A stretch of DNA of 18,653 bases from Promethearchaeota archaeon (GCA_048941015.1 JBHLNZ010000048.1:1-18653); one strand, 5' to 3'; counted from the first letter of the stretch, positions 1 through 8,129 are shown. Notes: a model not told the origin generated them from the letters alone. A program made the numbers and translations.

Positions 1-1127
1 ATGCCAGAACGTCTTACTCCATATGTGATTTCATCTTCATCAATGATTTCCGCTATACATTGGTCGTAGAAATAAAGGCCACCCCCCAATCCCACTCCAA
101 AGAAAATCATAAAGATTAGAGCCATCTCAAAATTAACTGAATACGCAAAAAGCACTACTGATACTAACCATACAATTATCCCTATTATTCCACACAATCG
201 AGCACCTTTTTTAACTCTTATAAGCTCCCATAAAGGCGTTGAGGCAGCTGCAACAAGAAAAGTAATTAAAAGTAGTATTCCAATTAATTCTGTATCCGTA
301 ATCCCCACTGCATATACGAAAAAAAGAGGAGATAGGGTAGGCAAAATATTGATTACAAGCCAAGTACCGAGAGCAGGGAATAGAAACCATAAAAAGGATT
401 TGTGTTTGAATGTAAATTTAATGGTTTTTGTAAGGGACATCGCACTTTCTGCATCCTTAGAAAGGTGTTTAGGATCTTTAACACCCCATTTTAGTATGAT
501 AAAATAGAAAACAAAAATAATAATTGCAGCCGCGATTCCAGTAATTAAGTATTGAGTCATTGTAGTATTAACGTTTGCAGGATTACTATTTGTTATATCA
601 TCAATGATAAAGGTGGGAAAGGTTAAAGCAAACATAGTTGCTAGTAAAACGAAAATTATACGTATCCTACCAGTTGAACTGCGCGCTTTCATTTCAACAA
701 ACATTTCAGAAAACAGTGCATTATAATTTAAATTAAAAGAAGTATATGCAAAGTCAAAAAGAATTAATATTAATAGGAAGTAGATGAAAATTGAGTGGGA
801 TTGATCATATGTAGAATAGGGTGTAAATAATAGGATCATTAGAACTCCAAGAGGTATGGTGGCAGCAACCATCCAAGGGATTCTACGTCCCCACCTGCTC
901 TTGGTTCTGTCAGAAAGATATCCTATTAAAGGATCATTAACTGCATTCCATAAAGCCCAGAGAATAAAGCCCATAGTCATTATAGGAGTAGGAATTCCAA
1001 CAACAGTAAAGTAAAAAGTAAAAACTAAAAACGAGAAAGTATTAAGAGCAACATTATCTCCAACTTCTCCGCACGCAAAAGCTAGTCTCATACCTAAAGA
1101 CATTTTTCGAGATTCTTCGTCATTCAT
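1..1127 (-). CDS. MFS transporter, glycoside-pentoside-hexuronide (GPH/MelB-like) family; 3' end runs off the window
   Basis: Not in the ORF track. Manual translation from ATG 1127 gives MNDEESRKMSLGMRLAFACGEVGDN...WALWNAVNDPLIGYLSDRTKSRWGRRIPW... and ...IAEIIDEDEITYGVRRSG at the window edge. Both are GPH-family signatures, with many hydrophobic helices between. Confidence 0.9.
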   Translation of the reverse strand, partial: MNDEESRKMSLGMRLAFACGEVGDNVALNTFSFLVFTFYFTVVGIPTPIMTMGFILWALWNAVNDPLIGYLSDRTKSRWGRRIPWMVAATIPLGVLMILLFTPYSTYDQSHSIFIYFLLILILFDFAYTSFNLNYNALFSEMFVEMKARSSTGRIRIIFVLLATMFALTFPTFIIDDITNSNPANVNTTMTQYLITGIAAAIIIFVFYFIILKWGVKDPKHLSKDAESAMSLTKTIKFTFKHKSFLWFLFPALGTWLVINILPTLSPLFFVYAVGITDTELIGILLLITFLVAAASTPLWELIRVKKGARLCGIIGIIVWLVSVVLFAYSVNFEMALIFMIFFGVGLGGGLYFYDQCIAEIIDEDEITYGVRRSG

Positions 1128-1294
1128 ATAATCATCTTTTTTTGAAAAACAGTTTATTTTTTTGTTTTTAAAAATTAAAAATAAATGTGATTTACTATTT
1201 GTTATTCCAATTTAAAAAATTTTCCAAAATTGAAAAAAAATACGATTCTGTATAATAATAACAGTAAATTAATTTAATCAAGGAGGTTAATTAG

Positions 1295-2344
1295 ATGGAT
1301 AAGATGTTGGCAGCTGTTTTTCATAAAGATAAAAATGGTGGAGGACAAGTGATATTAGAAGAAGTAGAAGTGCCTCAAATCACTGAAAATGATCAAATTC
1401 TTATTGAAGTAAAAGCATGTGGTATCTGTGGCACTGATTTAAAAATTCTTGAGGGGGCTCACCCTGCAAATGATAATACTATTTTAGGACATGAATTCGC
1501 GGGAATTATTATAGATAAAGGTAAAGATATAAAAGATTTAGATATTGGTGATAAGGTGGTTGTTGATCCAAATGAAAAATGTGGTTACTGCATTAATTGT
1601 AGGAGAGGATTGTCAAATTTATGTGAATACATGGCTTTAGGTACTACTTTTGGAATATTTCAAAATGGTGGTTTTGCAAAATATTGTGTTATACCAAGAA
1701 GCGCGATTTTTAAGTTACCGAAGGAGATAAACCTAACAGCAGCAGCTTTAATTGAACCTTTATCTTGTGCGGTTCATTGCCATAATATCGCAGATGTTAA
1801 AGAATCTGATAATATTGTTATTATTGGTACTGGACCTATGGGTTTAATAATAGAAGCAGTAATAAGGAAGCACCCTATAAAAAGGCTTATAAGTATTGAA
1901 ATAGATGATTGGCGCAGAACTAAATCAATTGATTTAGGAGCAAATTATTCCATAAATCCTACTACTCAAGATGTTCAAGCTGAAGTAGAAAAAATTACAA
2001 ATGGGGAGCGTGCTGATGTTATTATTGATGCGGTTGGAATAGCTGAAACATTTGAAATGGCACAGAAAATATGGGCTCCTGGAGCTAAATTAATCTGTTT
2101 TGGTCAAGATTTTCGTGCTGAGGCTAAAATCAAACCAAATGACATAGTAAGATATCAAAGGAAAATAATGGGGTCATATATTGGCTATGCTGAAGATTTT
2201 TTAGATGCTATTGAATTAATTAATAATAAGGTTATTGATGTTGACAAGTTGATAACAGAAGTTATCCCTTTAGATGAACTAATTTCAAAAGGTTTTAGTT
2301 TGATGAAAGAACGGAAATGTGTTAAGATAATCACTATTCCTTAG
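1295..2344 (+). CDS. Zn-dependent alcohol dehydrogenase (MDR family; sorbitol/threonine dehydrogenase-like)
   Basis: GICGTD and GHE catalytic-Zn motifs, CGYCINC...C structural-Zn motif, GTGPMG Rossmann motif; AGGAGG SD upstream; divergent from the sugar transporter. Confidence 0.92.
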   Translation: MDKMLAAVFHKDKNGGGQVILEEVEVPQITENDQILIEVKACGICGTDLKILEGAHPANDNTILGHEFAGIIIDKGKDIKDLDIGDKVVVDPNEKCGYCINCRRGLSNLCEYMALGTTFGIFQNGGFAKYCVIPRSAIFKLPKEINLTAAALIEPLSCAVHCHNIADVKESDNIVIIGTGPMGLIIEAVIRKHPIKRLISIEIDDWRRTKSIDLGANYSINPTTQDVQAEVEKITNGERADVIIDAVGIAETFEMAQKIWAPGAKLICFGQDFRAEAKIKPNDIVRYQRKIMGSYIGYAEDFLDAIELINNKVIDVDKLITEVIPLDELISKGFSLMKERKCVKIITIP

Positions 2345-2427
2345 TTTCATAATCTAAACTTTTTAATTGATTAACGATTATTAAATCAAAGGATAGGAAT
2401 ACTAAATAATTTGTCAAATGAAATTAT

Positions 2428-2970
2428 ATGTCTTACGATATATCAGCTCTTAAGGTATTAATTAAAAAGATCTTCCCACCTAAAAAGTGTGTATTTACCG
2501 TTGATACAAATGGCGATGGAGAAGCAGATGCTGTCTTAATTAAAGCATTAAATGTTATTATGCCTGTTGAAATTCCTGAAAAAATAGAATTAGGGGGATT
2601 TAATTCAGATGATTTTGATCTAAAAAGATTTGATTTATCAGATTACGGTAAATTTTACTTAGATGATGAACCAATTACTGTTTCAAGCAATGAATTTGAA
2701 ATAGATAAATTAAAAGAACATTTTTTTATGTATCATGACGGAGATTGTTTTAAAATTGATGATCTTATAAATGGTAAATTAGCAGGGAGATTAATTGCTT
2801 TAGGTGATAGTATTAATGTTTTAATTAGGTTAGAAAAAGATGCTTTAGAAAAATTTACGATAGGGAAGCATAAATTCACAATTGAATCCGAACTTATTCC
2901 AAAATTTGAATTTAATTTTGAATTAACTAAGGATAATATTAATCGAGAATTTGATCTAAATAAGCTATAA
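2428..2970 (+). CDS. Hypothetical protein with a DxNGDG (DTNGDGEAD) Ca-binding-like loop
   Basis: 180-aa ORF with normal composition; no family recognised. Confidence 0.75.
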   Translation: MSYDISALKVLIKKIFPPKKCVFTVDTNGDGEADAVLIKALNVIMPVEIPEKIELGGFNSDDFDLKRFDLSDYGKFYLDDEPITVSSNEFEIDKLKEHFFMYHDGDCFKIDDLINGKLAGRLIALGDSINVLIRLEKDALEKFTIGKHKFTIESELIPKFEFNFELTKDNINREFDLNKL

Positions 2971-3041
2971 TTTAGCTTTTTATATAACAGATCTTTTTTA
3001 ATAAAAAAGGACTTTAAATTCCTATTTTTAAACTAATAAGA

Positions 3042-3623
3042 GTGGCAATAATAAATCAAAATATTCAATCTCAAATTTGCGAATTAAACGAATATTCTAA
3101 AGTGAATATAATTTGTCCTATATGTAAATCGAAAAAAGAATTAAAATTTCCTAAATCGGTTATCAATAAGTCAAGACAATTAACAACGATATCCATTCCT
3201 AAAAATTTCATCTGTGAACATCACTTTCAAGCTTTTATAGATAAAAATTTTACAGTAAGGGGGTATCAAAAAGTAGATTTTGATTTTGCTTATGATTTAA
3301 TAAAAAAGAAAAAGACTAAGAAAGTATTCGATGATAATAAATTGTTTGATAACCTTATATTAGAAGGAAATTACGTAGAATATAAAACAAATAATACTAA
3401 CAGTTCAAATAAAAAGAAGAATACTTTGTTTATTACGGAAGAGGTAATTAATTCACAGAAAAAAGGAAAAAATATTGAGAATTCTGTTTTATTAAATAAT
3501 TCTAATAGAAAGAAAATAAAGACTCTCAAGGAGATTTATGAAGAATTCTGGGAATTTATCGATGATGATAATAATGACTTCAAGGAATTCATTCAAAAAG
3601 ACCCTCGAAGAGAAAAGCTTTAG
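3042..3623 (+). CDS. Hypothetical Zn-ribbon protein (CPIC...CEHHF)
   Basis: 193-aa ORF with CxxC and CxHxF motifs followed by FIDKNFTVRGYQ, resembling a family seen in Lokiarchaeia. GTG start is uncertain. Confidence 0.75.
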   Translation: MAIINQNIQSQICELNEYSKVNIICPICKSKKELKFPKSVINKSRQLTTISIPKNFICEHHFQAFIDKNFTVRGYQKVDFDFAYDLIKKKKTKKVFDDNKLFDNLILEGNYVEYKTNNTNSSNKKKNTLFITEEVINSQKKGKNIENSVLLNNSNRKKIKTLKEIYEEFWEFIDDDNNDFKEFIQKDPRREKL

Positions 3624-3730
3624 TAAATCTTCTGAAAGATTAGTATTAAAAAAATTTATATGACATTCTTGATTTTTTTAGTTAATATTTTTAGTTTTTA
3701 AGGAGGCTAAATTACCTACCAACTATCCAT

Positions 3731-3857
3731 GGCAAGATGGCGTAGCCCGGGAACGCACCAGAGTTATCGATTTAACGGTGAAACTGAAGATCTGGGTATC
3801 GGGGGTTCAAAAAGCTAATTATAGTGCATTTAGCTTGAATATATCCCCCTCTTGCCA
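3731..3857 (+). tRNA. tRNA-Phe(GAA) with two introns (about 3762-3782 at position 30/31; about 3812-3843 in the T-loop)
   Basis: Removing both inserts gives a 74-nt cloverleaf: acceptor GGCAAGA/TCTTGCC+A, D-stem GCGT/ACGC, anticodon stem CCAGA/TCTGG with loop CT-GAA-GA (anticodon 3786-3788), T-arm GGGGG-TTCAAAT-CCCCC. CCA is not encoded. Confidence 0.9.
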
Positions 3858-3865
3858 TTTATCTC

Positions 3866-4609
3866 CTATTTTTTTAAAACTTGTATTCTTTTATCTTTGG
3901 GGAGCTTTTCACTAGCGTATCTTAGAATTAAGCGAGATAGAACATTCTTATTAAGCATTAAGTAATCAAAAATTATCTCTGGCTTATAATTACTACAGGT
4001 TTTGAGAAGCCAACCAATTCCTTTTTCAATATAATTTTGATCAATAAAATTTAGCATTTTATTTATGTGATTAAATACGTAATCTTCATCAAAGGTCTTT
4101 TTTAGCATAATAATCTTCAAAAGAATAACCATTGAAGCCCTTCTAATCCATATATTATCTACGGAAGCCCAATCATCTATAGTTCTTTTAGCAAGAGCTT
4201 CATTACCCTTCTTTGCTAAAAAGGGCCCTAATACTCTGATACAGGTGCTATCACAATAGCTCCACGTATGACAGTGCTTTAGAAGTTCAATTTTGAACAA
4301 ATTTATGGTTTTTATATCAAAAAAATTTTTATAACGGTTTATATAAAATAATCCGGCGAATTTTTGTTCTTCTATATTTGATCTGGATAGATCTTTAAAA
4401 ATTTCAACTGCTAGCGAATATGAACTTTTATATTTATTATCTACATCCTTTACGATTTTTTCAATATTAGCAATTTTGATTCCATAAATAATGTAATTGG
4501 ATTTATCTGGATTTATGATTTTATACATCCTTGCCTTTTGTTCATCCATAAGATTTGGAGAATGTTTTTTCAAAAGTTCCTTGATTTCGAGTAATATTTT
4601 TTCTTTCAT
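3866..4609 (-). CDS. DNA alkylation repair protein (AlkD-like HEAT-repeat family)
   Basis: TWSYCD, W-x4-NIWIRRAS and YIEKGIGWLLK motifs typical of the DNA_alkylation family; ATGA overlap with the upstream radical SAM gene. Confidence 0.85.
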   Translation of the reverse strand: MKEKILLEIKELLKKHSPNLMDEQKARMYKIINPDKSNYIIYGIKIANIEKIVKDVDNKYKSSYSLAVEIFKDLSRSNIEEQKFAGLFYINRYKNFFDIKTINLFKIELLKHCHTWSYCDSTCIRVLGPFLAKKGNEALAKRTIDDWASVDNIWIRRASMVILLKIIMLKKTFDEDYVFNHINKMLNFIDQNYIEKGIGWLLKTCSNYKPEIIFDYLMLNKNVLSRLILRYASEKLPKDKRIQVLKK

Positions 4610-5742
4610 AAAAATTTATCTAGTCCGTTTTTTCTAATTAATTCTATGCTTTCCTTTAGAAAAGGCTCAACAAAATCTATCACTTGTGAATTAAAGTTTT
4701 TTAGTTTGGATAATTCTTTTCTTCTATAATAATTGAGTATAGATTCTTCAAGATTATTTAGATTTAATCCTGCCCATTTTAAGTTATTATTTGATTTTCC
4801 ATACTTTATTGCATCAATATATTCTTTATTTAAGAGCATTTCTGAGATTAGATAGTTGTATTTCCTAAAATCATTAGGAATCCATCTTTTAATCCTAATT
4901 GATATATCATATTTTTCACATAGGTTAAATAATTTTGTGTGAAATTCTCTAACATATGCTTTGGGAGGATAAATTTGTCCTTTATATAATTCTAATAAAG
5001 GTTTTATAACCTTTTTATATTTACTATTGTTTAATTTTTTTATGAAATATTCTGCTTGAGAATCACGTAAGGTTAATCCAGGAGAAAACAATAAAAAATC
5101 AGCACCAGCTCTTTTAGATTGTTTTATAACATCTTCCAAATTCTCATCATTATCTTCCAAAAATGGAATAATTGGAATAAAATAGGTCCCAACTTGAATT
5201 TTTGGCGCACTTTTTTTAATAGTTTTTAATGCTTCTAACCTCTCAGAAGGTGATGATGAGTATGGTTCTAAAAATTTAGCAAGTTCCTCATTAGTTGAAG
5301 AGATTGAAAATCCTACAGTGCACCAAGTATCATTAGCAATTTTATTCAAAATATCTATATCTCTAATTATCAGTTTGGATTTAGTAGCAATATTAATAGG
5401 GAATTTATGTTTTGCAATAACCTGAATCATTTTTCTTGTATGCTCAATTTCTTGTTCAATTGGCTGATAAGCATCATTTACCCCTCCTGGAGCGATAACA
5501 TCGGGTAATAATGTTCGAGCTCTTTTAAGTCTCTGATCTAATTTCTTATCAAAATCTGTTTTAATAATTACTTCATTTTCAAAATCATTTAAATAATATC
5601 TCTGACTTCTCGCATCACAGTAGATACAAGCATGAGCACAACCAGAATATGGATTTAAAGTGTAACGTGACCAAAACCATGAATCAGGATATTTTAATTT
5701 ATTTAAAACTGTTTTGAACTCCTTATAGATATACTTAACCAT
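4606..5742 (-). CDS. Radical SAM protein, SplB/Rv2578c-like DNA repair family
   Basis: LNPYSGCAHACIYCDAR (CxxxCxxC), DAYQPIE, IATKS and EPYSSSPSERL motifs. Confidence 0.88.
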   Translation of the reverse strand: MVKYIYKEFKTVLNKLKYPDSWFWSRYTLNPYSGCAHACIYCDARSQRYYLNDFENEVIIKTDFDKKLDQRLKRARTLLPDVIAPGGVNDAYQPIEQEIEHTRKMIQVIAKHKFPINIATKSKLIIRDIDILNKIANDTWCTVGFSISSTNEELAKFLEPYSSSPSERLEALKTIKKSAPKIQVGTYFIPIIPFLEDNDENLEDVIKQSKRAGADFLLFSPGLTLRDSQAEYFIKKLNNSKYKKVIKPLLELYKGQIYPPKAYVREFHTKLFNLCEKYDISIRIKRWIPNDFRKYNYLISEMLLNKEYIDAIKYGKSNNNLKWAGLNLNNLEESILNYYRRKELSKLKNFNSQVIDFVEPFLKESIELIRKNGLDKFL

Positions 5743-5834
5743 TATAATATTGTTAAATTTTATTAGTAAGCTGATTAATTAAATAAAAAATTTATTTTTA
5801 GCCAATTAAAATTTAACATTAATTAAAAGCTAGA

Positions 5835-5913
5835 GAAAAAACGCCTTGGCAACATCATTAAAAAGTGATTAAAATATGGAAAGGAAAGACACTACCTATA
5901 AAGGCGTTTTTTC
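5835..5913 (-). ncRNA. Candidate small RNA 1 (13-bp terminal inverted repeat, 53-nt variable interior)
   Basis: GAAAAAACGCCTT (5835-5847) pairs with AAGGCGTTTTTTC (5901-5913). On the minus strand a TATA-like TTTACAAA lies 16 nt upstream and a T6 run ends the unit. The repeat is certain; the RNA call and strand are inferred. Confidence 0.5.
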
Positions 5914-5929
5914 AATATAAATATACTAA

Positions 5930-5937
5930 TTTGTAAA
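5930..5937 (-). promoter_or_regulatory. Putative TATA box for element 1
   Basis: TTTACAAA on the minus strand, with the same 16-nt spacing and TTA continuation as the box before element 2. Confidence 0.4.
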
Positions 5938-6055
5938 TATATTTTTTAAGGTTTTGAAACATAATCGACATTTTATATTGAATTTTCGAAATCATATGTA
6001 AGATTTCTTAAGATTTAATTTAGATAGTCTTTAATAACGAATATCAAAAAGAAAA

Positions 6056-6132
6056 GAAAAAACGCCTTTTAAAAGAAGGGTTGAAAATTAATTGGCTGAT
6101 TCAAAGAATAATTTATTTAGAGGCGTTTTTTC
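6056..6132 (-). ncRNA. Candidate small RNA 2 (12-bp terminal inverted repeat, 53-nt variable interior)
   Basis: GAAAAAACGCCT (6056-6067) pairs with AGGCGTTTTTTC (6121-6132). Minus-strand TTTATAAA lies 16 nt upstream and a long pyrimidine tract follows downstream. Confidence 0.5.
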
Positions 6133-6148
6133 ATTAATATTATCTTAA

Positions 6149-6156
6149 TTTATAAA
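6149..6156 (-). promoter_or_regulatory. Putative TATA box for element 2
   Basis: TTTATAAA matches the archaeal TATA consensus, 16 nt from the element. Confidence 0.45.
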
Positions 6157-6245
6157 TTTATATTTGACTATTTAATTTCAAAGTTAAAAGATAATTTCAA
6201 TTATTTTTTTCGGGATATAAGGATAAATATTAATGATAAAGAATT

Positions 6246-6273
6246 TCGTGAAATGCTGATTTCACGATCAAAT
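6246..6273. repeat. Palindrome TCGTGAAAT-GCTG-ATTTCACGA (complete copy; recombination or protein-binding site)
   Basis: Perfect 9-bp arms at 6246-6254 and 6259-6267; 6257-6273 is repeated exactly at 7266-7282. Confidence 0.75.
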
Positions 6274-6342
6274 TAACTAGTATTTGATTTAATAGTTAAA
6301 ATGTAATAATACTTTTTTAAGATATAAATATAATAAATAACC

Positions 6343-6360
6343 TCGTGAAATGTTGATATC
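6343..6360. repeat. Left half plus spacer of the same palindrome (TCGTGAAATGTTGAT)
   Basis: 14/15 match to 6246-6260; right arm degenerate. Confidence 0.65.
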
Positions 6361-6411
6361 GCTTAAATCGCATTGTGGGTTTAACAATGAAATTAAAAAA
6401 AATGAAGAAAA

Positions 6412-7149
6412 TCATTCAAATTTCTTTGTATACTCCTTTATATTATCAGGAGGCCATGCTTTTGGGGTACTACCAAATCGAGTAAAACGATGATCACACC
6501 CTGAAGCACCATTTGCGATAGTTTTAGTACGTGAGAATCCATATCCCAGAACATGTGCGTGAGCAAAATCAAGAAGGCAAGCAAATGGCACATATTTCTC
6601 CGCTCCTAATTTTTTATACGCCTTAAGAATTCCACATTCAGAAATATTATAACCGAAATCAAAATCTTCATTAGTACCATCCACAAATTGCATAACCCAA
6701 TCATCAGGATATTTCCTTTTCTGTGAAATCTCACAATACTTCTTTAGAGGTTTAATATAAGCATCATTAAAAATGATATCTAAAAGATTTCCTCCACTTT
6801 CTTCTACTTTTTCTATTTCTTTTCTTGTTTCTATCTCTTTATATGTATTACTGAATTCACCAATTTCTCGATAAGTGTATCCTTCCTTTTCAAGGATGCG
6901 AAACATTGCTAATAAGGATACTTTAGCTGTAAGGGTTGAAATGAATGGATGCTTGCCCCCTCCGATATCAGTCATTTTGGTAAGAATATCTTCATACTCC
7001 CTTCTCATTTGATTGATTAGAGCTTCAGATTTTGACTCACTGAATCTCTCTACTAAAATATCTTTTGCAATTTGTAAAGATAATTCAAATTGTTTCATTA
7101 ACCTTGGTTTATTCTTAATATAATAGTCTTTAACATTTCCAGTTGGCAT
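6412..7149 (-). CDS. L-2-amino-thiazoline-4-carboxylate hydrolase-like (ATC_hydrolase family) protein
   Basis: C-terminal pattern ECG...ACLLD...GFSRTKTIANGASGCDHRF is typical of this family; real substrate unknown. Confidence 0.75.
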   Translation of the reverse strand: MPTGNVKDYYIKNKPRLMKQFELSLQIAKDILVERFSESKSEALINQMRREYEDILTKMTDIGGGKHPFISTLTAKVSLLAMFRILEKEGYTYREIGEFSNTYKEIETRKEIEKVEESGGNLLDIIFNDAYIKPLKKYCEISQKRKYPDDWVMQFVDGTNEDFDFGYNISECGILKAYKKLGAEKYVPFACLLDFAHAHVLGYGFSRTKTIANGASGCDHRFTRFGSTPKAWPPDNIKEYTKKFE

Positions 7150-7265
7150 TATATGACAACTTAAATTTAGAGGATCTAATTATTGGATTAATTAAAACCA
7201 AGTAAAAGTAGTAATTAAATTTAATTCTATTTCATAACTTCTCTTAAAAGAAATATTATGAACGA

Positions 7266-7282
7266 TGATTTCACGATCAAAT
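7266..7282. repeat. Right half of the same palindrome (TGATTTCACGATCAAAT)
   Basis: 17/17 direct repeat of 6257-6273, 25 nt from the 3' end of tRNA-Gly. Confidence 0.75.
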
Positions 7283-7307
7283 CATATTTTTTAAAAATTT
7301 ATTAAAA

Positions 7308-7379
7308 TGCGTCGCCCGGGAATCGAACCCGGGTCACCGGCTTGGAAGGCCGGAATCATAACCCCTAGACTAGCGACGC
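7308..7379 (-). tRNA. tRNA-Gly(TCC), intronless
   Basis: Acceptor GCGTCGC/GCGACGC+A, anticodon arm CCGGC-CT-TCC-AA-GCCGG, T-arm CCGGG-TTCGATT-CCCGG; CCA not encoded. Confidence 0.97.
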
Positions 7380-7454
7380 TTTATAAACCGCATGATCTAT
7401 AAAAGTATCATATCTTTTAACTTTACTGCTTTTAGTGATTATCCTCGAAGTATT

Positions 7455-8129
7455 TCATGATATATTATGAGTTATCTCATAAAATGTAATAATCTTATTC
7501 ACTACATTCCATGCATCTAGAGAATAAGGAGAAATTGATATAACATTTTTGGATAAACTGTAAATTTCATTTGAGAACGTCCCTTTTTGAAAGCCTCCGA
7601 TAATAGCAATACAATTCTTAGAGATATCTTCATGGAATAAATCGAGGTGGTATGAAATCAATCTTCCTTTTGAAGAAAAAATCATGATCTGTTTATTTTT
7701 ATATAATTTGATTAAATCTTTTAAATCTCCTTCAAATTGCACTATTAAATTCAAATTATTTACTTTTATCTCGGCATCGATAAGAAGTTTTGCCATTAAA
7801 CCCTTAAATCTATTATAATTACGAGTTATCTTTATATCAGGAGTGATTTTAAAGATTTTGTTATTTATTGTATGAATGTAAATGATTAATTGTTTATTTT
7901 TATTCAATGGAGATCCTAACGCATTAAGAAGACAATTATGAGTTATATCAGGACGGCCTCGTTTATTAAAATCTTTTAATTTTACCATTGCAGAATGATG
8001 TAGAGCGTTATCGAGTAATTGAGAAGCAAAATTTCTTTTATCCAGGTGTTTTTTAATGGAAGGATGATTTTTAATTTCTTTTGGAATTAATTCAATACCA
8101 CATTCAGCTAAAATTATTATTAATGGCAT
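7455..8129 (-). CDS. nep1: rRNA small-subunit pseudouridine N1-methyltransferase Nep1/EMG1
   Basis: RGRPDITH, RNYNRFKGLM and IIGGFQKG SPOUT motifs. Confidence 0.95.
   Translation of the reverse strand: MPLIIILAECGIELIPKEIKNHPSIKKHLDKRNFASQLLDNALHHSAMVKLKDFNKRGRPDITHNCLLNALGSPLNKNKQLIIYIHTINNKIFKITPDIKITRNYNRFKGLMAKLLIDAEIKVNNLNLIVQFEGDLKDLIKLYKNKQIMIFSSKGRLISYHLDLFHEDISKNCIAIIGGFQKGTFSNEIYSLSKNVISISPYSLDAWNVVNKIITFYEITHNIS

Noticed and set aside
5779-5817. Partial similarity (AGCCAATTAA core) between the radical SAM upstream region and the element 2 loop
   Set aside because: Only 10 contiguous matches in very AT-rich DNA and about 60 nt from the start codon; not distinguishable from chance without statistics.
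5835-6132. CRISPR array, C/D-box sRNA or simple terminator reading of the paired elements
   Set aside because: The repeats are short and inverted around each interior, not direct 24-40 nt repeats. No cas genes or RUGAUGA/CUGA box pair are present, and 53-nt loops are too long for ordinary terminator hairpins.
6243-7379. Classical tRNA-integrated provirus or island
   Set aside because: No integrase and no duplicated tRNA 3' end (attL/attR) within the window.
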